Positions 8,673 through 19,414 of a DNA stretch of 61,316 bases are shown one piece after another (the first letter of the stretch is position 1; each line of letters begins with the position of its first letter). A model generated the notes under the pieces. It was given only the letters and a program-made list of their open reading frames with translations. It had not been told where the DNA came from and did not search any database. Made by a program: the position numbers and the translations under genes. Source of the stretch: Alphaproteobacteria bacterium (GTDB taxonomy: Bacteria; Pseudomonadota; Alphaproteobacteria; GCA-2731375); NCBI GenBank assembly GCA_016869175.1, contig VGEV01000002.1:1-61316 (forward strand), written 5' to 3'.

Positions 8673-9560
8673 TCAGCCGGCGCGCAGCAGGCGACCGGCC
8701 ACCGCGTCCAGCTTGGCCAATAGCGCCGGATCGCGCGCTTCCCGGTGAGTAATGAGCGCCGCCTCCAGCGCCCGGTCGCAGCCATGCGGGCAAACGGCCG
8801 GGCGTTCGCCCAGCCGCGGCACGACGCGCTTGACCAGGGCGCGGGCCCTGTCGGCGTTGGCCAGCAGGACCTTGACGATGGCCTGCACTTCGACGTTGTC
8901 GTGTTCGGGATGCCAGCAGTCGAAGTCCGTCACCATGGCGACGGTGGCGTAGTCGATCTCCGCTTCGCGGGCGAGCTTGGCCTCCGGCATGTTGGTCATG
9001 CCGATGACGTCGCAGCCCCAGCCGCGATAAAGGTTCGACTCGGCCAAGGTGGAAAACTGCGGGCCTTCCATCACCAGATAGGTGCCGCCGCGGCTGTGCG
9101 GAATGCCCAAGGCGGCCGCCGCTTCCGTCGCCCATTCGGCCAGGCGCGCGCAAGTGGGGTGGGCCAGCGACACGTGCGCCACCATGCCGGCGCCGAAGAA
9201 GCTCTTCTCGCGGGCGAAGGTGCGGTCGATGAACTGGTCGACCATGACGAAGGTTCCGGGCGGCAACGCCTCGCGGAACGAGCCGCAGGCGCTTAACGAC
9301 AGAATGTCGGTGACGCCCAGCCGCTTCAGCGCGTCGATATTGGCGCGATAGTTGATCGCGCCCGGCGACAACCGGTGGCCGCGGCCATGGCGGGGCAGGA
9401 AGACCACTTCGATGCCGTCCAGCCGGCCGCACAACAACTCGTCCGACGGTTCGCCCCACGGGCTTGCGACCCGGCGCCAGCGCTTGTCGCTCAAACCGTC
9501 GATCTCGTAGAGGCCGCTGCCGCCAATCACGCCCAGCACCGGCCGTCGATGCGTCGTCAT
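8673..9560 (-). CDS. mtnP: S-methyl-5'-thioadenosine phosphorylase
   Basis: 295 aa with [19 protein letters not shown] and [15 protein letters not shown], typical of MTAP-type PNP family enzymes. Confidence 0.92.
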   Translation of the reverse strand: MTTHRRPVLGVIGGSGLYEIDGLSDKRWRRVASPWGEPSDELLCGRLDGIEVVFLPRHGRGHRLSPGAINYRANIDALKRLGVTDILSLSACGSFREALPPGTFVMVDQFIDRTFAREKSFFGAGMVAHVSLAHPTCARLAEWATEAAAALGIPHSRGGTYLVMEGPQFSTLAESNLYRGWGCDVIGMTNMPEAKLAREAEIDYATVAMVTDFDCWHPEHDNVEVQAIVKVLLANADRARALVKRVVPRLGERPAVCPHGCDRALEAALITHREARDPALLAKLDAVAGRLLRAG

Positions 9561-9636
9561 GGTCCGTCGTTCTCCCCGCCCGCCCAGGGACTATTGCCAT
9601 GCGGGGACCGCCGCTTCAACGCCGCGCGCTCGACGC

Positions 9637-9660
9637 GAAAAGGCCGCCCGCGGGCGGCCT
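9637..9660 (-). terminator. Probable intrinsic terminator of the petABC transcript
   Basis: A perfect GC palindrome, AGGCCGCCCGCGGGCGGCCT, is followed on the minus strand by a short U run (UUUCG). It lies downstream of petC and repeat copy C and upstream of the mtnP start. Confidence 0.45.
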
Positions 9661-9686
9661 CGCCGTCGCCCCATGCGGGTTTGCTC

Positions 9687-9821
9687 GCGTGGTGTCCGAT
9701 CAGATGGAAACGCTGATGGCGCACCATTTGATCGGAGCCCGCTGCGCTGCCGTCATGGTTGCAGGGCAATGGCTCTCGGTGAAACGAACCTGCCGGCGCG
9801 ATGGGAGCGGAAACGGCCCTA
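9687..9821 (-). repeat. Copy C of the ~135-nt structured intergenic repeat (more diverged)
   Basis: Its reverse complement aligns with copies A and B (GCCATTGCCCTGCAACCATGACGGC, CCATCTGATCGGACACCACGC). It begins at the petC stop codon. Confidence 0.75.
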
Positions 9822-10574
9822 GTGCACCTCGGCCCAGACTTTGCGCTTGACCGCATACAACACGCCGGTCAGCACCAGCAGGAAGAGGATCACCTTCACC
9901 CCCATCCGCTTGCGCGCCTCCATTTCCGGCTCCGCCGCCCAGGCCAGGAACGTGGTCACATCCCAGGCCATCTGCTCGACACCGGCCTTGGTGCCGTCGG
10001 CGAATTCGACCGCGCCTTCATTCAGCGGCGGTGCCATGGCGATCTGTCGACCGGCGAAATAGGGATTGTAACTCATGCCCTCCGCCAGCTTCACCTCGGC
10101 CGGCGGATTCCGGTAGCCGGTCAGCAGCGAGTAGATATAGCCGCCGCCGCCGGCGCGCGCCTTGGTGATCAGCGAAAGATCCGGCGGCAGCGCTCCATTG
10201 TTGGCGGCCCGCGCGGCCTGCGGGTTGGCGAACGGCGAGCGGAAGCGGTCGGACGGCCGGCCCGGCCGATTGAACATCTCGCCCTGGTCGTTGGGCCCGT
10301 CCTGCACCTCGACCTCGGCCGCCAGCACCTTGACCTGGGCCTCGTTGAAGCCGATCTCGTTCAGGTTGCGATAGGCGACCTGGCGCAAGCCGTGGCAGGC
10401 GGCGCAGACCTGCTTGTAGACCAGGAAGCCGCGCTGCAGGGCGGCCCGATCGAAGGTGCCGAACGGCCCGCCATGCGGCCAGTCGACGGACTTGGGAGGC
10501 GTTGTGTCGCCGGCCGCCAGGGCCGGGCCGCCGGCCAGGGCAAGGCAGAGCGCGAGAGCGGCGATCGGGCGCAT
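9819..10574 (-). CDS. petC: Cytochrome c1 of the bc1 complex
   Basis: Start at an internal ATG ([22 protein letters not shown] signal peptide). It has the heme motif CAACHG and a C-terminal TM anchor. A TGATG start/stop overlap joins it to petB. Confidence 0.92.
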   Translation of the reverse strand: MRPIAALALCLALAGGPALAAGDTTPPKSVDWPHGGPFGTFDRAALQRGFLVYKQVCAACHGLRQVAYRNLNEIGFNEAQVKVLAAEVEVQDGPNDQGEMFNRPGRPSDRFRSPFANPQAARAANNGALPPDLSLITKARAGGGGYIYSLLTGYRNPPAEVKLAEGMSYNPYFAGRQIAMAPPLNEGAVEFADGTKAGVEQMAWDVTTFLAWAAEPEMEARKRMGVKVILFLLVLTGVLYAVKRKVWAEVH

Positions 10575-11830
10575 CAGACCCTCCCTTCCGGCTTGGCGTG
10601 GGCGTCGGCCGGTGCGCCGCCGCCCGTCTTCGCGACCGACGCACCGATGCTCTCCGGCAACGGCCGCGGCCGTTCGAACCAGCCGATCAGCGGCATCAAC
10701 ACCAGGAAGAAGAGGAAGTAAAAGGTGGTCGCAATGCGGCCGACCACCAGATAGATGCCTTCCGGCGGGTTGGCGCCGACCCAGCCCAGCGCCACGCAGC
10801 AAATCAACAGCAGCCAGAACACTTGCTTGTAGATTGGCCGGAAGGTCGCCGACCGCACCCGGCTGGTGTCGAGCCAGGGCAACAGGAACAGCACGAAGAT
10901 CGAGGCAAACATCGCCACCACGCCCAGGAACTTGTCGGGAATGGAGCGCAAAATGGCGTAGAACGGCAGCAGGTACCATTCCGGCACGATATGCGCCGGC
11001 GTCACCAGCGGATTAGCCTCGATATAGTTGTCCGGGTGGCCTAGATAGTTCGGCGCGAAGAACACGAAGCCGGCGAAAACGATGGCGAACACCCCCAGGC
11101 CGAACAGATCCTTCGCCGTGTAGTAGGGGTGGAACGGAATGGTGTCTTGCGGCCCCTTGATGTCGATGCCCAGCGGATTGTTGGACTTGTGCTGATGCAG
11201 CGCCAAGAGGTGCAGCATCACCAAGCCGACAATCACGAACGGCAGCAGGTAATGCAAACTGTAGAAGCGGCTGAGCGTGGCATTGCCGACCGCGAAACCG
11301 CCCCACAGCCATTCGACGATGGGCGTGCCGACCAGCGGGATGGCGGAGAATAGGTTGGTGATGACGGTAGCGCCCCAGAAGCTCATCTGACCCCAGGGCA
11401 ACACATAGCCCATGAAGGCGGTCGCCATCATCAACAGCAAGATCACGATGCCAAGCCACCACAGCAGTTCGCGCGGCATCTTGTAGGAACCGTAGTACAG
11501 TCCGCGGAAAATATGAATATAGACCACCAAGAAGAACATCGAGGCGCCGTTGGCATGGATGTAACGCAACAGCCAGCCATAGTTCACGTCGCGCATGATA
11601 TGTTCAGTGGAATCGAAGGCCATGCTGGCATGCGGTGTGTAGTGCATCGCCAGGACGATGCCGGTGATAATCTGCACTACCAGGCAAACTCCAGCCAGCG
11701 AGCCGAAATTATACCAGTAGTTCAAGTTGCGCGGCGTCGGATAATCGATAAGGCTGTGGTTAAGTGTGCTGAACACCGGCAGTCGGTATTCGATCCACTT
11801 GACGATCGAATTGTTGGTTTGGATGCCCAC
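10574..11830 (-). CDS. petB: Cytochrome b of the bc1 complex
   Basis: GTG start at 11830 preceded by AGGAGC ([18 protein letters not shown]...). It has conserved heme-ligand helices and the [14 protein letters not shown] (PEWY) motif. Confidence 0.95.
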   Translation of the reverse strand: MGIQTNNSIVKWIEYRLPVFSTLNHSLIDYPTPRNLNYWYNFGSLAGVCLVVQIITGIVLAMHYTPHASMAFDSTEHIMRDVNYGWLLRYIHANGASMFFLVVYIHIFRGLYYGSYKMPRELLWWLGIVILLLMMATAFMGYVLPWGQMSFWGATVITNLFSAIPLVGTPIVEWLWGGFAVGNATLSRFYSLHYLLPFVIVGLVMLHLLALHQHKSNNPLGIDIKGPQDTIPFHPYYTAKDLFGLGVFAIVFAGFVFFAPNYLGHPDNYIEANPLVTPAHIVPEWYLLPFYAILRSIPDKFLGVVAMFASIFVLFLLPWLDTSRVRSATFRPIYKQVFWLLLICCVALGWVGANPPEGIYLVVGRIATTFYFLFFLVLMPLIGWFERPRPLPESIGASVAKTGGGAPADAHAKPEGRV

Positions 11831-11840
11831 GGTTCTGCTC

Positions 11841-12377
11841 CTAGCCGATACGCACGGCGTTGTCGCCCAGGAACTCGTAGCTCGGCACCTCGAGATTGGC
11901 GGGCGCCGGTCCCTTGCGAATCCGGCCCGAGGTGTCGTAGTGCGAGCCGTGGCAGGGGCAGAACCAGCCGCCATACTCGCCCTGGTTGTTCAGTGGCACG
12001 CAACCCAGATGGGTGCAGACGCCGACCAGGATCAGCCATTGCGGCCGGTCCTTGGCGCGCACCCGGGCGTCGTCGGGCTGCGGGTCCGGCAGTTCGCCCA
12101 GTTGCACGGCGCGCGCCGCGTCGATCTCAGCCTTGGTGCGGTGGCGGATGAAGACCGGCTTGCCCCGCCAGGACACGGTGATGGTCTGGCCTTCGGTGAT
12201 CTTGGAGATGTCCACCTCGATCGAGGACAGCGCCAGCACGTCCTTGGAGGGATTCATCTGGTGAATGAATGGCCAAGCGAAGGCGCCGGCGCCGACGGCG
12301 CCCAGGCCGCCCGCGGCGATATAGAGGAAATCGCGCCGGGATGCGCCTTGCGGCTGCCCGTGCTTGCCTTGCGCCAT
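11841..12377 (-). CDS. petA: Ubiquinol-cytochrome c reductase Rieske iron-sulfur subunit
   Basis: Internal ATG ([19 protein letters not shown], Tat-like). It has the Rieske boxes CTHLGC and CPCHGSHYD. Confidence 0.95.
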   Translation of the reverse strand: MAQGKHGQPQGASRRDFLYIAAGGLGAVGAGAFAWPFIHQMNPSKDVLALSSIEVDISKITEGQTITVSWRGKPVFIRHRTKAEIDAARAVQLGELPDPQPDDARVRAKDRPQWLILVGVCTHLGCVPLNNQGEYGGWFCPCHGSHYDTSGRIRKGPAPANLEVPSYEFLGDNAVRIG

Positions 12378-12526
12378 GACGTGCGAACCCCTTGGAATGG
12401 CTGACAGTTGCCTCTGATCGAGGGTGCGCGTGACATTGCCCGCTGAGGCCGGGCTGCCCCATGCGACAGGTTGCCGCATCGCCGCCCGGCCGCGTGGGAG
12501 ACGGGCCGCCGGCCCGGGGGCAGAGC

Positions 12527-12985
12527 ATGCGGATCGCGCTTTTTGAACCGGACATTCCCCAGAACACCGGCGCCATCGTCCGCGTCTGCGCCTGTTTCGG
12601 CGTGCCGCTCGACATCATTGAGCCTTGCGGCTTTACCTTCGTCGCGCGGGAATTGCGGCGCGCCGCCCTCGACTACGCGCCGTTGGCCGCGGTCGACCGG
12701 CACGAGTCCTTCGCGGCCTTCCAAGCGGCGCGGGGGCGGAGCCGACTGGTGTTGATCACGACCAAGGCAAGACAGCATTACAGCGATTTTTCCTTTCGGT
12801 GCGACGATGTGCTGCTGTTCGGCCGCGAACAGGCGGGCGTGCCGCAGACCGTGCACGCAGTGGCGGATGTGCGGCTGCGCGTGCCGATGCGCGCGGCCGC
12901 GCGATCGCTCAATGTCGCTGTGACGGTTGGCTTGGTGCTGGCGGAGGCGCTGCGCCAGCAAGGCTGGCCGGGCGGGTTGGTATAG
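12527..12985 (+). CDS. trmL: tRNA (cytidine/uridine-2'-O)-methyltransferase TrmL (SpoU family)
   Basis: Internal ATG ([19 protein letters not shown]...). It also has [11 protein letters not shown] and [15 protein letters not shown] motifs. Confidence 0.85.
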   Translation: MRIALFEPDIPQNTGAIVRVCACFGVPLDIIEPCGFTFVARELRRAALDYAPLAAVDRHESFAAFQAARGRSRLVLITTKARQHYSDFSFRCDDVLLFGREQAGVPQTVHAVADVRLRVPMRAAARSLNVAVTVGLVLAEALRQQGWPGGLV

Positions 12986-12996
12986 AAGGGGCGGGG

Positions 12997-13842
12997 ATGA
13001 CGACGACGGAACGGCAGGAACAGGCCCGGGCGTGGTTCGAGCACCTGCGCGACGCAATCTGCGCCGCCTTCGAGCGGCTGGAGGACGAGCATGCCGGGCC
13101 ATACCGCGATCGCCCGCCCGGCCGCTTCACCTTCACGCCCTGGCGGCGGGCGGGCGGCGGCGGCGGCACGATGGGCCTGATGCGCGGCCGGGTGTTCGAG
13201 AAGGTGGGCGTGAACGTCTCCACCGTCACGGGCGAATTCTCGGCCGAGTTCCGCAAGCAGATCCCAGGGGCCGATCACGACCCGCGCTTCTGGGCCTCCG
13301 GCATCAGCCTGGTCGCGCATCTGTGCTCGCCGCTGGTGCCGGCGGTGCACATGAACACCCGGCACATCGTCACCGCCAAGGGCTGGTTCGGCGGCGGCGC
13401 CGACCTGACGCCGATGGTAGCGGACGAGGGCGACACCGAGACCTTCCATGCGGCACTCAAGGCCGCCTGCGACGCGCACGGCGCGGACTACTACGTCCGC
13501 TTCAAGCAATGGTGCGACGAGTATTTCCATCTGCCCCATCGCGGCGAGCCGCGCGGCGTCGGCGGCATCTTCTATGACTATCTCGACAGCGGCGACTGGG
13601 CCGCCGACTTCGCGTTCACCCAAGCGGTCGGTCGGGCCTTCCTGGAGGTCTACCCGGCGATCGTGCGGCGGCACTTCGACCGGCCCTGGAGCGCCGCGCA
13701 GCGCGAGCACCAGCTGATCCGGCGCGGCCGCTATGTCGAGTTCAACCTGCTCTACGATCGCGGCACGCAGTTCGGGCTGAAGACCGGCGGCAATGTAGAG
13801 GCTATCCTGATGTCGCTGCCGCCAGAGGTGAAGTGGCCGTGA
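12997..13842 (+). CDS. hemF: Oxygen-dependent coproporphyrinogen III oxidase
   Basis: Internal ATG at 12997. It has [29 protein letters not shown] and [20 protein letters not shown], typical of HemF. Confidence 0.95.
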   Translation: MTTTERQEQARAWFEHLRDAICAAFERLEDEHAGPYRDRPPGRFTFTPWRRAGGGGGTMGLMRGRVFEKVGVNVSTVTGEFSAEFRKQIPGADHDPRFWASGISLVAHLCSPLVPAVHMNTRHIVTAKGWFGGGADLTPMVADEGDTETFHAALKAACDAHGADYYVRFKQWCDEYFHLPHRGEPRGVGGIFYDYLDSGDWAADFAFTQAVGRAFLEVYPAIVRRHFDRPWSAAQREHQLIRRGRYVEFNLLYDRGTQFGLKTGGNVEAILMSLPPEVKWP

Positions 13843-13868
13843 GACGGGTATGAGGCGAGCGGGGGAAC

Positions 13869-14405
13869 ATGCGCACGATCGGCTGGGCGTTGGCGTTGCT
13901 GCTGGCTTGCGCGGGATCGGCGGCGGCCGCCGACCTGCCGCTTGGTGCGTTCTACGGCAAGTGGCAGGGCAGCGCCCTGTCGGAGAGCCAGATCAGCAGC
14001 TATTTCCGGCTGTCCAGCAGGGATATCGGTGTGGAGATTCGCGCCGCCGGCGAGGGCTTCACGCTGACCTGGAACACCGTCTTGCGGCAGCGCGGCGACC
14101 CGCGCAGTCCGACCGAGGAACTGCGCTCGAACACGCTGACCTTCGTGCCCGCAAGGCGGCCCGGATTGTGGGTTGGGCAGGGCAACGCCGATCCCGTGCA
14201 GGGCGGTCGCCCGTTTTTTTGGGCGTATGTGCAGGACAACACGCTGGTGGTGCAAAGCCTGCAGGTGGCCGATGACGGCGGCTCGGAACTGCAGGTCTAC
14301 CGACGCACCCTGACCGGCAACGGCATGGAGTTGGAGTTCACCCGCACGCTCGACGGCGAAGCGGCGCGGCGCGCCAAGGGCCGTCTGATCAAGCTGGCCA
14401 ACTGA
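13869..14405 (+). CDS. Secreted hypothetical protein
   Basis: 178 aa with a clear signal peptide (MRTIGWALALLLACAGSAAAAD) and a beta-rich sequence. I recognise no family. Confidence 0.6.
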   Translation: MRTIGWALALLLACAGSAAAADLPLGAFYGKWQGSALSESQISSYFRLSSRDIGVEIRAAGEGFTLTWNTVLRQRGDPRSPTEELRSNTLTFVPARRPGLWVGQGNADPVQGGRPFFWAYVQDNTLVVQSLQVADDGGSELQVYRRTLTGNGMELEFTRTLDGEAARRAKGRLIKLAN

Positions 14406-14414
14406 CCGCCGGGG

Positions 14415-14717
14415 GTGGCCGTGGCCGTCTATGTCGTCGTCCATCTCGATGTGCGCGATGCCGGCTGGGCAGCGGCCTATGCCGGGCCGACCGCCGCCCT
14501 GGTCAAGAAGCATGGCGGCCGCTATCTGGTGCGGGCAGGGCGCAGCAAGATGTCGGCGCTGGAAGGCACGCCAAGGCTGTCGAGCGTGATGGTGGTGGTC
14601 GAATTCCCCGACCGGGCGCATGCCAAGGCGTGGTACGACGATCCGGATTACCAGCCGCTGATTGGGCTGCGCAACGCCGGCTCGCGCGCCGATATTCTCA
14701 TGGTCGACGGGGTCTAG
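14415..14717 (+). CDS. DUF1330 domain protein
   Basis: GTG start, 100 aa. The pattern VYVVVHLDVRD...GGRYLVRAG...VVVEFPDRAHAKAWYDDPDYQPL is typical of DUF1330. A paralogue lies at 55369. Confidence 0.8.
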   Translation: MAVAVYVVVHLDVRDAGWAAAYAGPTAALVKKHGGRYLVRAGRSKMSALEGTPRLSSVMVVVEFPDRAHAKAWYDDPDYQPLIGLRNAGSRADILMVDGV

Positions 14718-15910
14718 CGAAGCCTGAGTGCCAGCTGTTCCAGGCAGGCGCCCCGGTCCGGCGCGAAATCGCGCCCGACCCACCAGTCCTCGACCGCGGA
14801 GAGGGCACGGCCGACTTGCGGGCCGGGAAGCGCGCCCAGCGCCAATGCGTCGCGGCCGCCCAGGGGAAAGCGCGGCAGGGTGAGCGCGCGCGCCCGGTCG
14901 GCCAACCGACGGCGGCCCAGCAGCAGCGCCAAGTCGACCGTGGCGGGCACGCCCAGGCGATAGGCGATCCGCCGGAGTTCGCTCTTGTCGGCATCGCGCG
15001 CCATGGCGACCGGAGGCGCCACCAGCAAGGCGAGCCGCTCGTGCTGCTCGCGCGACAGATGCAGGCGCGACGCCAGGTCCCGCGCCAGGCCGACATGGTC
15101 CGCCAGCAAGGCCGCCAGCCGCCGCAAGGCGTCCGGCCCGCCGGCCTCGGCCCGGCGCAGCCGGGTCAGGCGGCGGAAATCCGGAACCGCGGGCAGGATC
15201 TCGGCGAGAATGCCGTGCTTCTGCATCAGCCGCAGAACCGGCAACGCGCGCGGCGCCACCAACAGGCGGAACAACTCGTTGCGGATCCTTTCGCCCGACA
15301 GCTCGTTGAGCTGCGGCGCCGCGTCCCGACAAGCGGCCAGCGCGCGCCGATCGACCGGCGTGCGGCCGTAAGAGGCGAGGAACCGGAAGAAGCGCAACGC
15401 GCGCAAGCGGTCCTCGGCGATGCGGGTTGCCGGATCGCCGACGAAGCGCACCCGGCCCGCCCGCAAATCGGCCAGCCCGCCGGTCGGGTCATGCAGCCGA
15501 CCGTCGGCATCGGCGTAGAGCGCGTTCATGGTGAAGTCGCGGCGGGCGGCGTCGCCCTCCCAGTCCTCGGTGAACGCCACCCGGGCATGCCGGCCGAAGG
15601 TCTCCACGTCGGCGCGCAACGTGGTGATCTCGAAATGCCGGCCCTCCACCACCGCCGTCACCGTGCCATGCTTGAGGCCGGTCGGGATGGCGGTCAGGCC
15701 GGCCTGGCGCAGCAGGCGCAGGTTGGTTTCGGGCGGCGCCGTGCTGGCCAGGTCGATGTCCTCGACCGGCCGGCCCAGCAGGGCATCGCGCACCGCGCCG
15801 CCGACGAAGCGCACCGTCGCACCCTCGGCGGCAAGCGCCCGCAGAACCGCATGCGTGGCGCCTTGGCTCAGCCAGGGTTGCGGCGGCAGGAAGGCGGGCA
15901 GCGTTGGCAC
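14714..15910 (-). CDS. cca: CCA-adding tRNA nucleotidyltransferase (poly(A) polymerase family)
   Basis: 398 aa with the head-domain motifs RFVGGAVRDALLGRPVEDIDLA and RRDFTMNALY. Confidence 0.85.
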   Translation of the reverse strand: MPTLPAFLPPQPWLSQGATHAVLRALAAEGATVRFVGGAVRDALLGRPVEDIDLASTAPPETNLRLLRQAGLTAIPTGLKHGTVTAVVEGRHFEITTLRADVETFGRHARVAFTEDWEGDAARRDFTMNALYADADGRLHDPTGGLADLRAGRVRFVGDPATRIAEDRLRALRFFRFLASYGRTPVDRRALAACRDAAPQLNELSGERIRNELFRLLVAPRALPVLRLMQKHGILAEILPAVPDFRRLTRLRRAEAGGPDALRRLAALLADHVGLARDLASRLHLSREQHERLALLVAPPVAMARDADKSELRRIAYRLGVPATVDLALLLGRRRLADRARALTLPRFPLGGRDALALGALPGPQVGRALSAVEDWWVGRDFAPDRGACLEQLALRLR

Positions 15911-15918
15911 CGTCGCGC

Positions 15919-16176
15919 CTAGCGCACCTGGCCTGGCACCACGCGGCCGTCGCGCATTTCCGCCGGCACGTAGTCCCGGCCGGTGTCACTCTCGCCCAGC
16001 ACGGCAAGGGCGAGCAGCGTCAGCGCCACCAGCGCCAGACCGACAACGGTGAGCCAGGTCCACGGCGTATCGGCCAGCGTGCGGCCCGAGGTTTCCGCGC
16101 GCTTGGCCAGCGCGAGATAGAGGGCGTAGCCGGCGAACGGCAGAAGGAAGGGCAGCAACAGGAGCAATTGGCGCAA
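15919..16176 (-). CDS. Small two-TM membrane protein
   Basis: 85 aa with two hydrophobic helices. It sits between the cca and NUDIX genes, as in many Alphaproteobacteria. Confidence 0.55.
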   Translation of the reverse strand: MRQLLLLLPFLLPFAGYALYLALAKRAETSGRTLADTPWTWLTVVGLALVALTLLALAVLGESDTGRDYVPAEMRDGRVVPGQVR

Positions 16177-16200
16177 AGCGGGCTGCCTTGTCCGTCTGGT

Positions 16201-16860
16201 TCAGCGCGGCTGATGGACGCGGCGATAGAAGTTCATCAGCATGCCGGCGGTGGCCCCCCAGATGTAGTAGTCGCCATAAGGCATTGCGTAGTATTGGCGC
16301 TGCCGGCCGTTATAGGTGCGCGAATGGCGCTGATGGTTGGCCGGATCGAAAAGATAGCCAAGCGGCACCTCGAAGACCTCCGCGACCTCGAACGGATCGG
16401 GGGTCAGGGCAAAGCCTGGCTTGACGAAACCGACCACCGGGGTGACCCGGTAACCGGTGCCGGTCTCGTAGGCATCGAGGAAGCCCACCACCTCGACGAA
16501 GCTGCGGCTGAGGCCGATCTCTTCCTCGGTCTCCCTGAGCGCGGTCTCCAACAGGTGGCCATCGTGGCTCTCGTAGCGGCCGCCGGGAAAGCTGATCTGC
16601 CCGGCATGCTGCTGCAGGTGGGCGGTCCGCCGGGTGAGCAGCACGGTCGGTCCCGGTTGCCGTTCGACCAACGGCACCAGAACCGCGGCGGGCATCAGCG
16701 GCTTGCCGTCCTCCGGCCGCTTCCAGCCCGGATCGAGGTCATGGTCGCCGGTCGGCGCCGGATGGCACTGGGTCGCGGCCTGCTCGCGGATCAGGCTGCG
16801 CAGGATGCGACCGCGGATGTTGTCCTGTTGGGGCACGTCACTCGTCCGTCCTGATCTCAT
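16201..16860 (-). CDS. NUDIX hydrolase, CoA pyrophosphatase-like
   Basis: It has the Nudix box FPGGRYE...ALRETEEEIGL and the upstream LLTRRT motif seen in NudL-type CoA pyrophosphatases. Confidence 0.85.
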   Translation of the reverse strand: MRSGRTSDVPQQDNIRGRILRSLIREQAATQCHPAPTGDHDLDPGWKRPEDGKPLMPAAVLVPLVERQPGPTVLLTRRTAHLQQHAGQISFPGGRYESHDGHLLETALRETEEEIGLSRSFVEVVGFLDAYETGTGYRVTPVVGFVKPGFALTPDPFEVAEVFEVPLGYLFDPANHQRHSRTYNGRQRQYYAMPYGDYYIWGATAGMLMNFYRRVHQPR

Positions 16861-17431
16861 CCAAGCCGCCTATGCGAAAGAAACAACCGGCGCTCCAGAC
16901 GCCGAAAGCGGGGCCATGCGGCGGCGCCTCTTCCTCCACACCCCGGTCCACCAACTGATAGAACACGGCACGCGCGAGCAGGGCCTGCAAGCGCCCGCGC
17001 ACTAGAACATAGGGTCTCGGCGCGCCGGTGTCAGGATGTTGCAAAACGGCGATCGGATGCCCAGGTCCCGCCATCACCTCGTCATCGACGTTGGTGCGGA
17101 AGACCAGCACCTGCTCGCGCCCTTCGCCGTAACAGGTGAGTTCGACGGCCACGAACGGGGCATCGTCCACCGCGATCGGCAGTTTGTCCATCGGCGTGAT
17201 CAGGTAGAAGCGCCCGTCGTCCTCGCGCCGCAGCACGCTGGAGAACAACCGCACCATCGGCTTGCGGCCGATCGGCGAGCCCTGATAGTACCAGGTGCCG
17301 TCGGTGGCGATGCGCATGTCGACCTGCAGCAGATTCGGCGGATTCCACCGGTCGATCGGCGGCAGCCGGCCGGTTTGCAGACTGCGGGCGATCGCCAGGG
17401 GATCGGGCGGGCGCTTGCTCGGTTCGCTCAT
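16838..17431 (-). CDS. DUF1285 domain protein
   Basis: Internal ATG (MSEPSKRPP...). It has IATDGTWYYQGSPIGRKPMVRLFSSVL, typical of DUF1285. Confidence 0.8.
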   Translation of the reverse strand: MSEPSKRPPDPLAIARSLQTGRLPPIDRWNPPNLLQVDMRIATDGTWYYQGSPIGRKPMVRLFSSVLRREDDGRFYLITPMDKLPIAVDDAPFVAVELTCYGEGREQVLVFRTNVDDEVMAGPGHPIAVLQHPDTGAPRPYVLVRGRLQALLARAVFYQLVDRGVEEEAPPHGPAFGVWSAGCFFRIGGLDEIRTDE

Positions 17432-17502
17432 GCTGGGCACGGGTCGCGCAGAGTTTATCCGATGGGGCTGCGGGCGGGCGCGTTCACCAGTATACTCGGG
17501 CC

Positions 17503-18501
17503 ATGCAGGCAACGATCGATAACCCCGAACCGCTGTTGCGCGAGGTGGAAGAGGTGGCCCGGCGGGTCGGGCAGATCCGCCAGTCCATCGGCCGTGTCAT
17601 TTTCGGCCAGCAAGACGTCATCGAACAGGCGCTGATCACGCTGTTGGCGGGTGGCCATGCCCTGCTGGTCGGCGTGCCCGGTCTGGCCAAGACGCGGCTG
17701 GTGGAGACGCTGGGCATCGTGCTGGGGCTCGATGTCAAGCGGGTGCAGTTCACGCCGGACCTGATGCCGGCCGACATCGTGGGCTCCGAAGTGCTGGAGG
17801 AGGGCGACGATGGCCGGCGGCATTTCCGCTTCATCAAGGGCCCGGTGTTCGCCCAACTCCTGATGGCCGACGAGATCAACCGTGCCAGTCCGCGCACGCA
17901 GTCGGCCCTGCTGCAGGCCATGCAAGAAAAGGCCGTGTCGATCGCCGGCCAGCGCCATCCGCTGCCGCTGCCGTTTCACGTTCTGGCGACGCAGAATCCG
18001 CTGGAGCAGGAAGGCACCTATCCGCTGCCCGAGGCGCAACTCGATCGCTTTCTGCTGCAGATCGACGTGGATTATCCCGATCTGGCCGCCGAACGGGCCA
18101 TGCTGCTGGCCACCACCGGGGCCGAGGAAGCCAGCGTGATACCGGTATTCGATGGCGCCGCCCTGCAGGCGGCGCAACGCGTGGTCCGGCGGATCCCGGT
18201 TGGCGAGCAGGTGGTGGAGGCGATCCTAGGTTTGGTCCGGGCCGGCCGTCCGGATTCGAGCGGCGATCCCACCCTGCGGCCTCAGATCGCCTGGGGACCC
18301 GGGCCGCGCGCCAGTCAGGCATTGATGCTGGCGGTGCGCGCGCGGGCGCTGCTGGATGGCCGGCTGTCGCCTTCGCTCGACGACGTGGCGATGGTGGCGG
18401 CACCGGTATTGCGCCATCGCATGGCGCTGACCTTCGCCGCCCGCGCCGACGGGGTGACGCTGCCGGAAGTGATCCGTCGCCTGGTCGCGCGGTTGAACTG
18501 A
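17503..18501 (+). CDS. MoxR-family AAA+ ATPase
   Basis: 332 aa with Walker A GVPGLAKT, Walker B/sensor LMADEINRASPRTQSALLQAMQE, and ATQNPLEQEGTYPLPEAQLDRF. Confidence 0.93.
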   Translation: MQATIDNPEPLLREVEEVARRVGQIRQSIGRVIFGQQDVIEQALITLLAGGHALLVGVPGLAKTRLVETLGIVLGLDVKRVQFTPDLMPADIVGSEVLEEGDDGRRHFRFIKGPVFAQLLMADEINRASPRTQSALLQAMQEKAVSIAGQRHPLPLPFHVLATQNPLEQEGTYPLPEAQLDRFLLQIDVDYPDLAAERAMLLATTGAEEASVIPVFDGAALQAAQRVVRRIPVGEQVVEAILGLVRAGRPDSSGDPTLRPQIAWGPGPRASQALMLAVRARALLDGRLSPSLDDVAMVAAPVLRHRMALTFAARADGVTLPEVIRRLVARLN

Positions 18502-18509
18502 CCCAGCCC

Positions 18510-19409
18510 ATGGCAACGCTCGCGACCCCGGCGGATCCTCGGCTGCGGCAGCGGGCCGAGGGCTTGGCGGCCGGCCTGCCGCCGCTGCTGGTGGCCGCGG
18601 ACCGGATCGCTGCCACGGTCACGCAAGGCGTGCACGGCCGCCGGCGCACCGGCGTCGGGGAGAGTTTCTGGCAGTTCCGCCGCTATCATTCGGGCGACCC
18701 GGCCCAGATCATCGACTGGCGGCAATCGGCCAAGAGCCAGAAGCTGTTCGTCCGCGAAAACGAGTGGGACGCGGCGGAAAGCGTCTGGCTGTGGCACGAT
18801 GCCTCGGCCTCCATGCGATTCCGCTCGACCGCCGCCGAGAGCCAGAAACACGAACGCGCGGCGTTGCTGCTGCTGGCGCTGGCCAGCCTGTTGATCCGTG
18901 CCGGCGAACGGGTCGGCCGGCTGGGCGAGGATCGACGGCCGGGCTCCGGCCGGGTGGCGCTGAACCGGATCGCCGCCGCCTTGCAGGCAAGCCTCGTCGA
19001 ACGCCTGTCCGCTCCCAGCCTGCCGCCGGCGCAGGTGCTGCCGCGCCATGCCCAGGTCGTGCTGGCGAGCGATTTTCTGGCCCCTTGGGCCGAGGTGGAG
19101 GCGAGTATCGCGAGGCTCGCCGCCCAGGGCGTGCATGGCCATCTGCTGCAGGTGCTTGACCCGATCGAGGTCGATCTGCCGTTCCGCGGCCGTGCCCGCT
19201 TCGAGGGCGTCGAGGGCGAAGGGGTGTTGACGGTCGGCCGCATCGAGGGATTGCGCCAAGCCTATCTTGATCGCTTGGCGGCGCTGCGCGACAGCTTGAC
19301 CGGACTGTGTCGTCGAATCGGCTGGACCTGTACCTTCCATCGCACCGACCGGCCGCCGCAATTGGCGCTGCTATCGCTCTATGGGGCGCTGGCGCGAGAG
19401 ATCGTGTAG
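18510..19409 (+). CDS. DUF58 domain protein (MoxR partner)
   Basis: It has the core GESFWQFRRYHSGDPAQIIDWRQSAK and lies 8 nt after moxR. Confidence 0.88.
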   Translation: MATLATPADPRLRQRAEGLAAGLPPLLVAADRIAATVTQGVHGRRRTGVGESFWQFRRYHSGDPAQIIDWRQSAKSQKLFVRENEWDAAESVWLWHDASASMRFRSTAAESQKHERAALLLLALASLLIRAGERVGRLGEDRRPGSGRVALNRIAAALQASLVERLSAPSLPPAQVLPRHAQVVLASDFLAPWAEVEASIARLAAQGVHGHLLQVLDPIEVDLPFRGRARFEGVEGEGVLTVGRIEGLRQAYLDRLAALRDSLTGLCRRIGWTCTFHRTDRPPQLALLSLYGALAREIV

Positions 19410-19414
19410 TTCCG

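Noticed and set aside
8131-9600. A 489-aa ORF that would fuse apt to a long N-terminal extension overlapping mtnP
   Set aside because: The extension is Arg/Gly/Pro-rich and out of frame with the motif-rich mtnP gene on the same strand. The internal ATG at 8658 gives a canonical 175-aa Apt.
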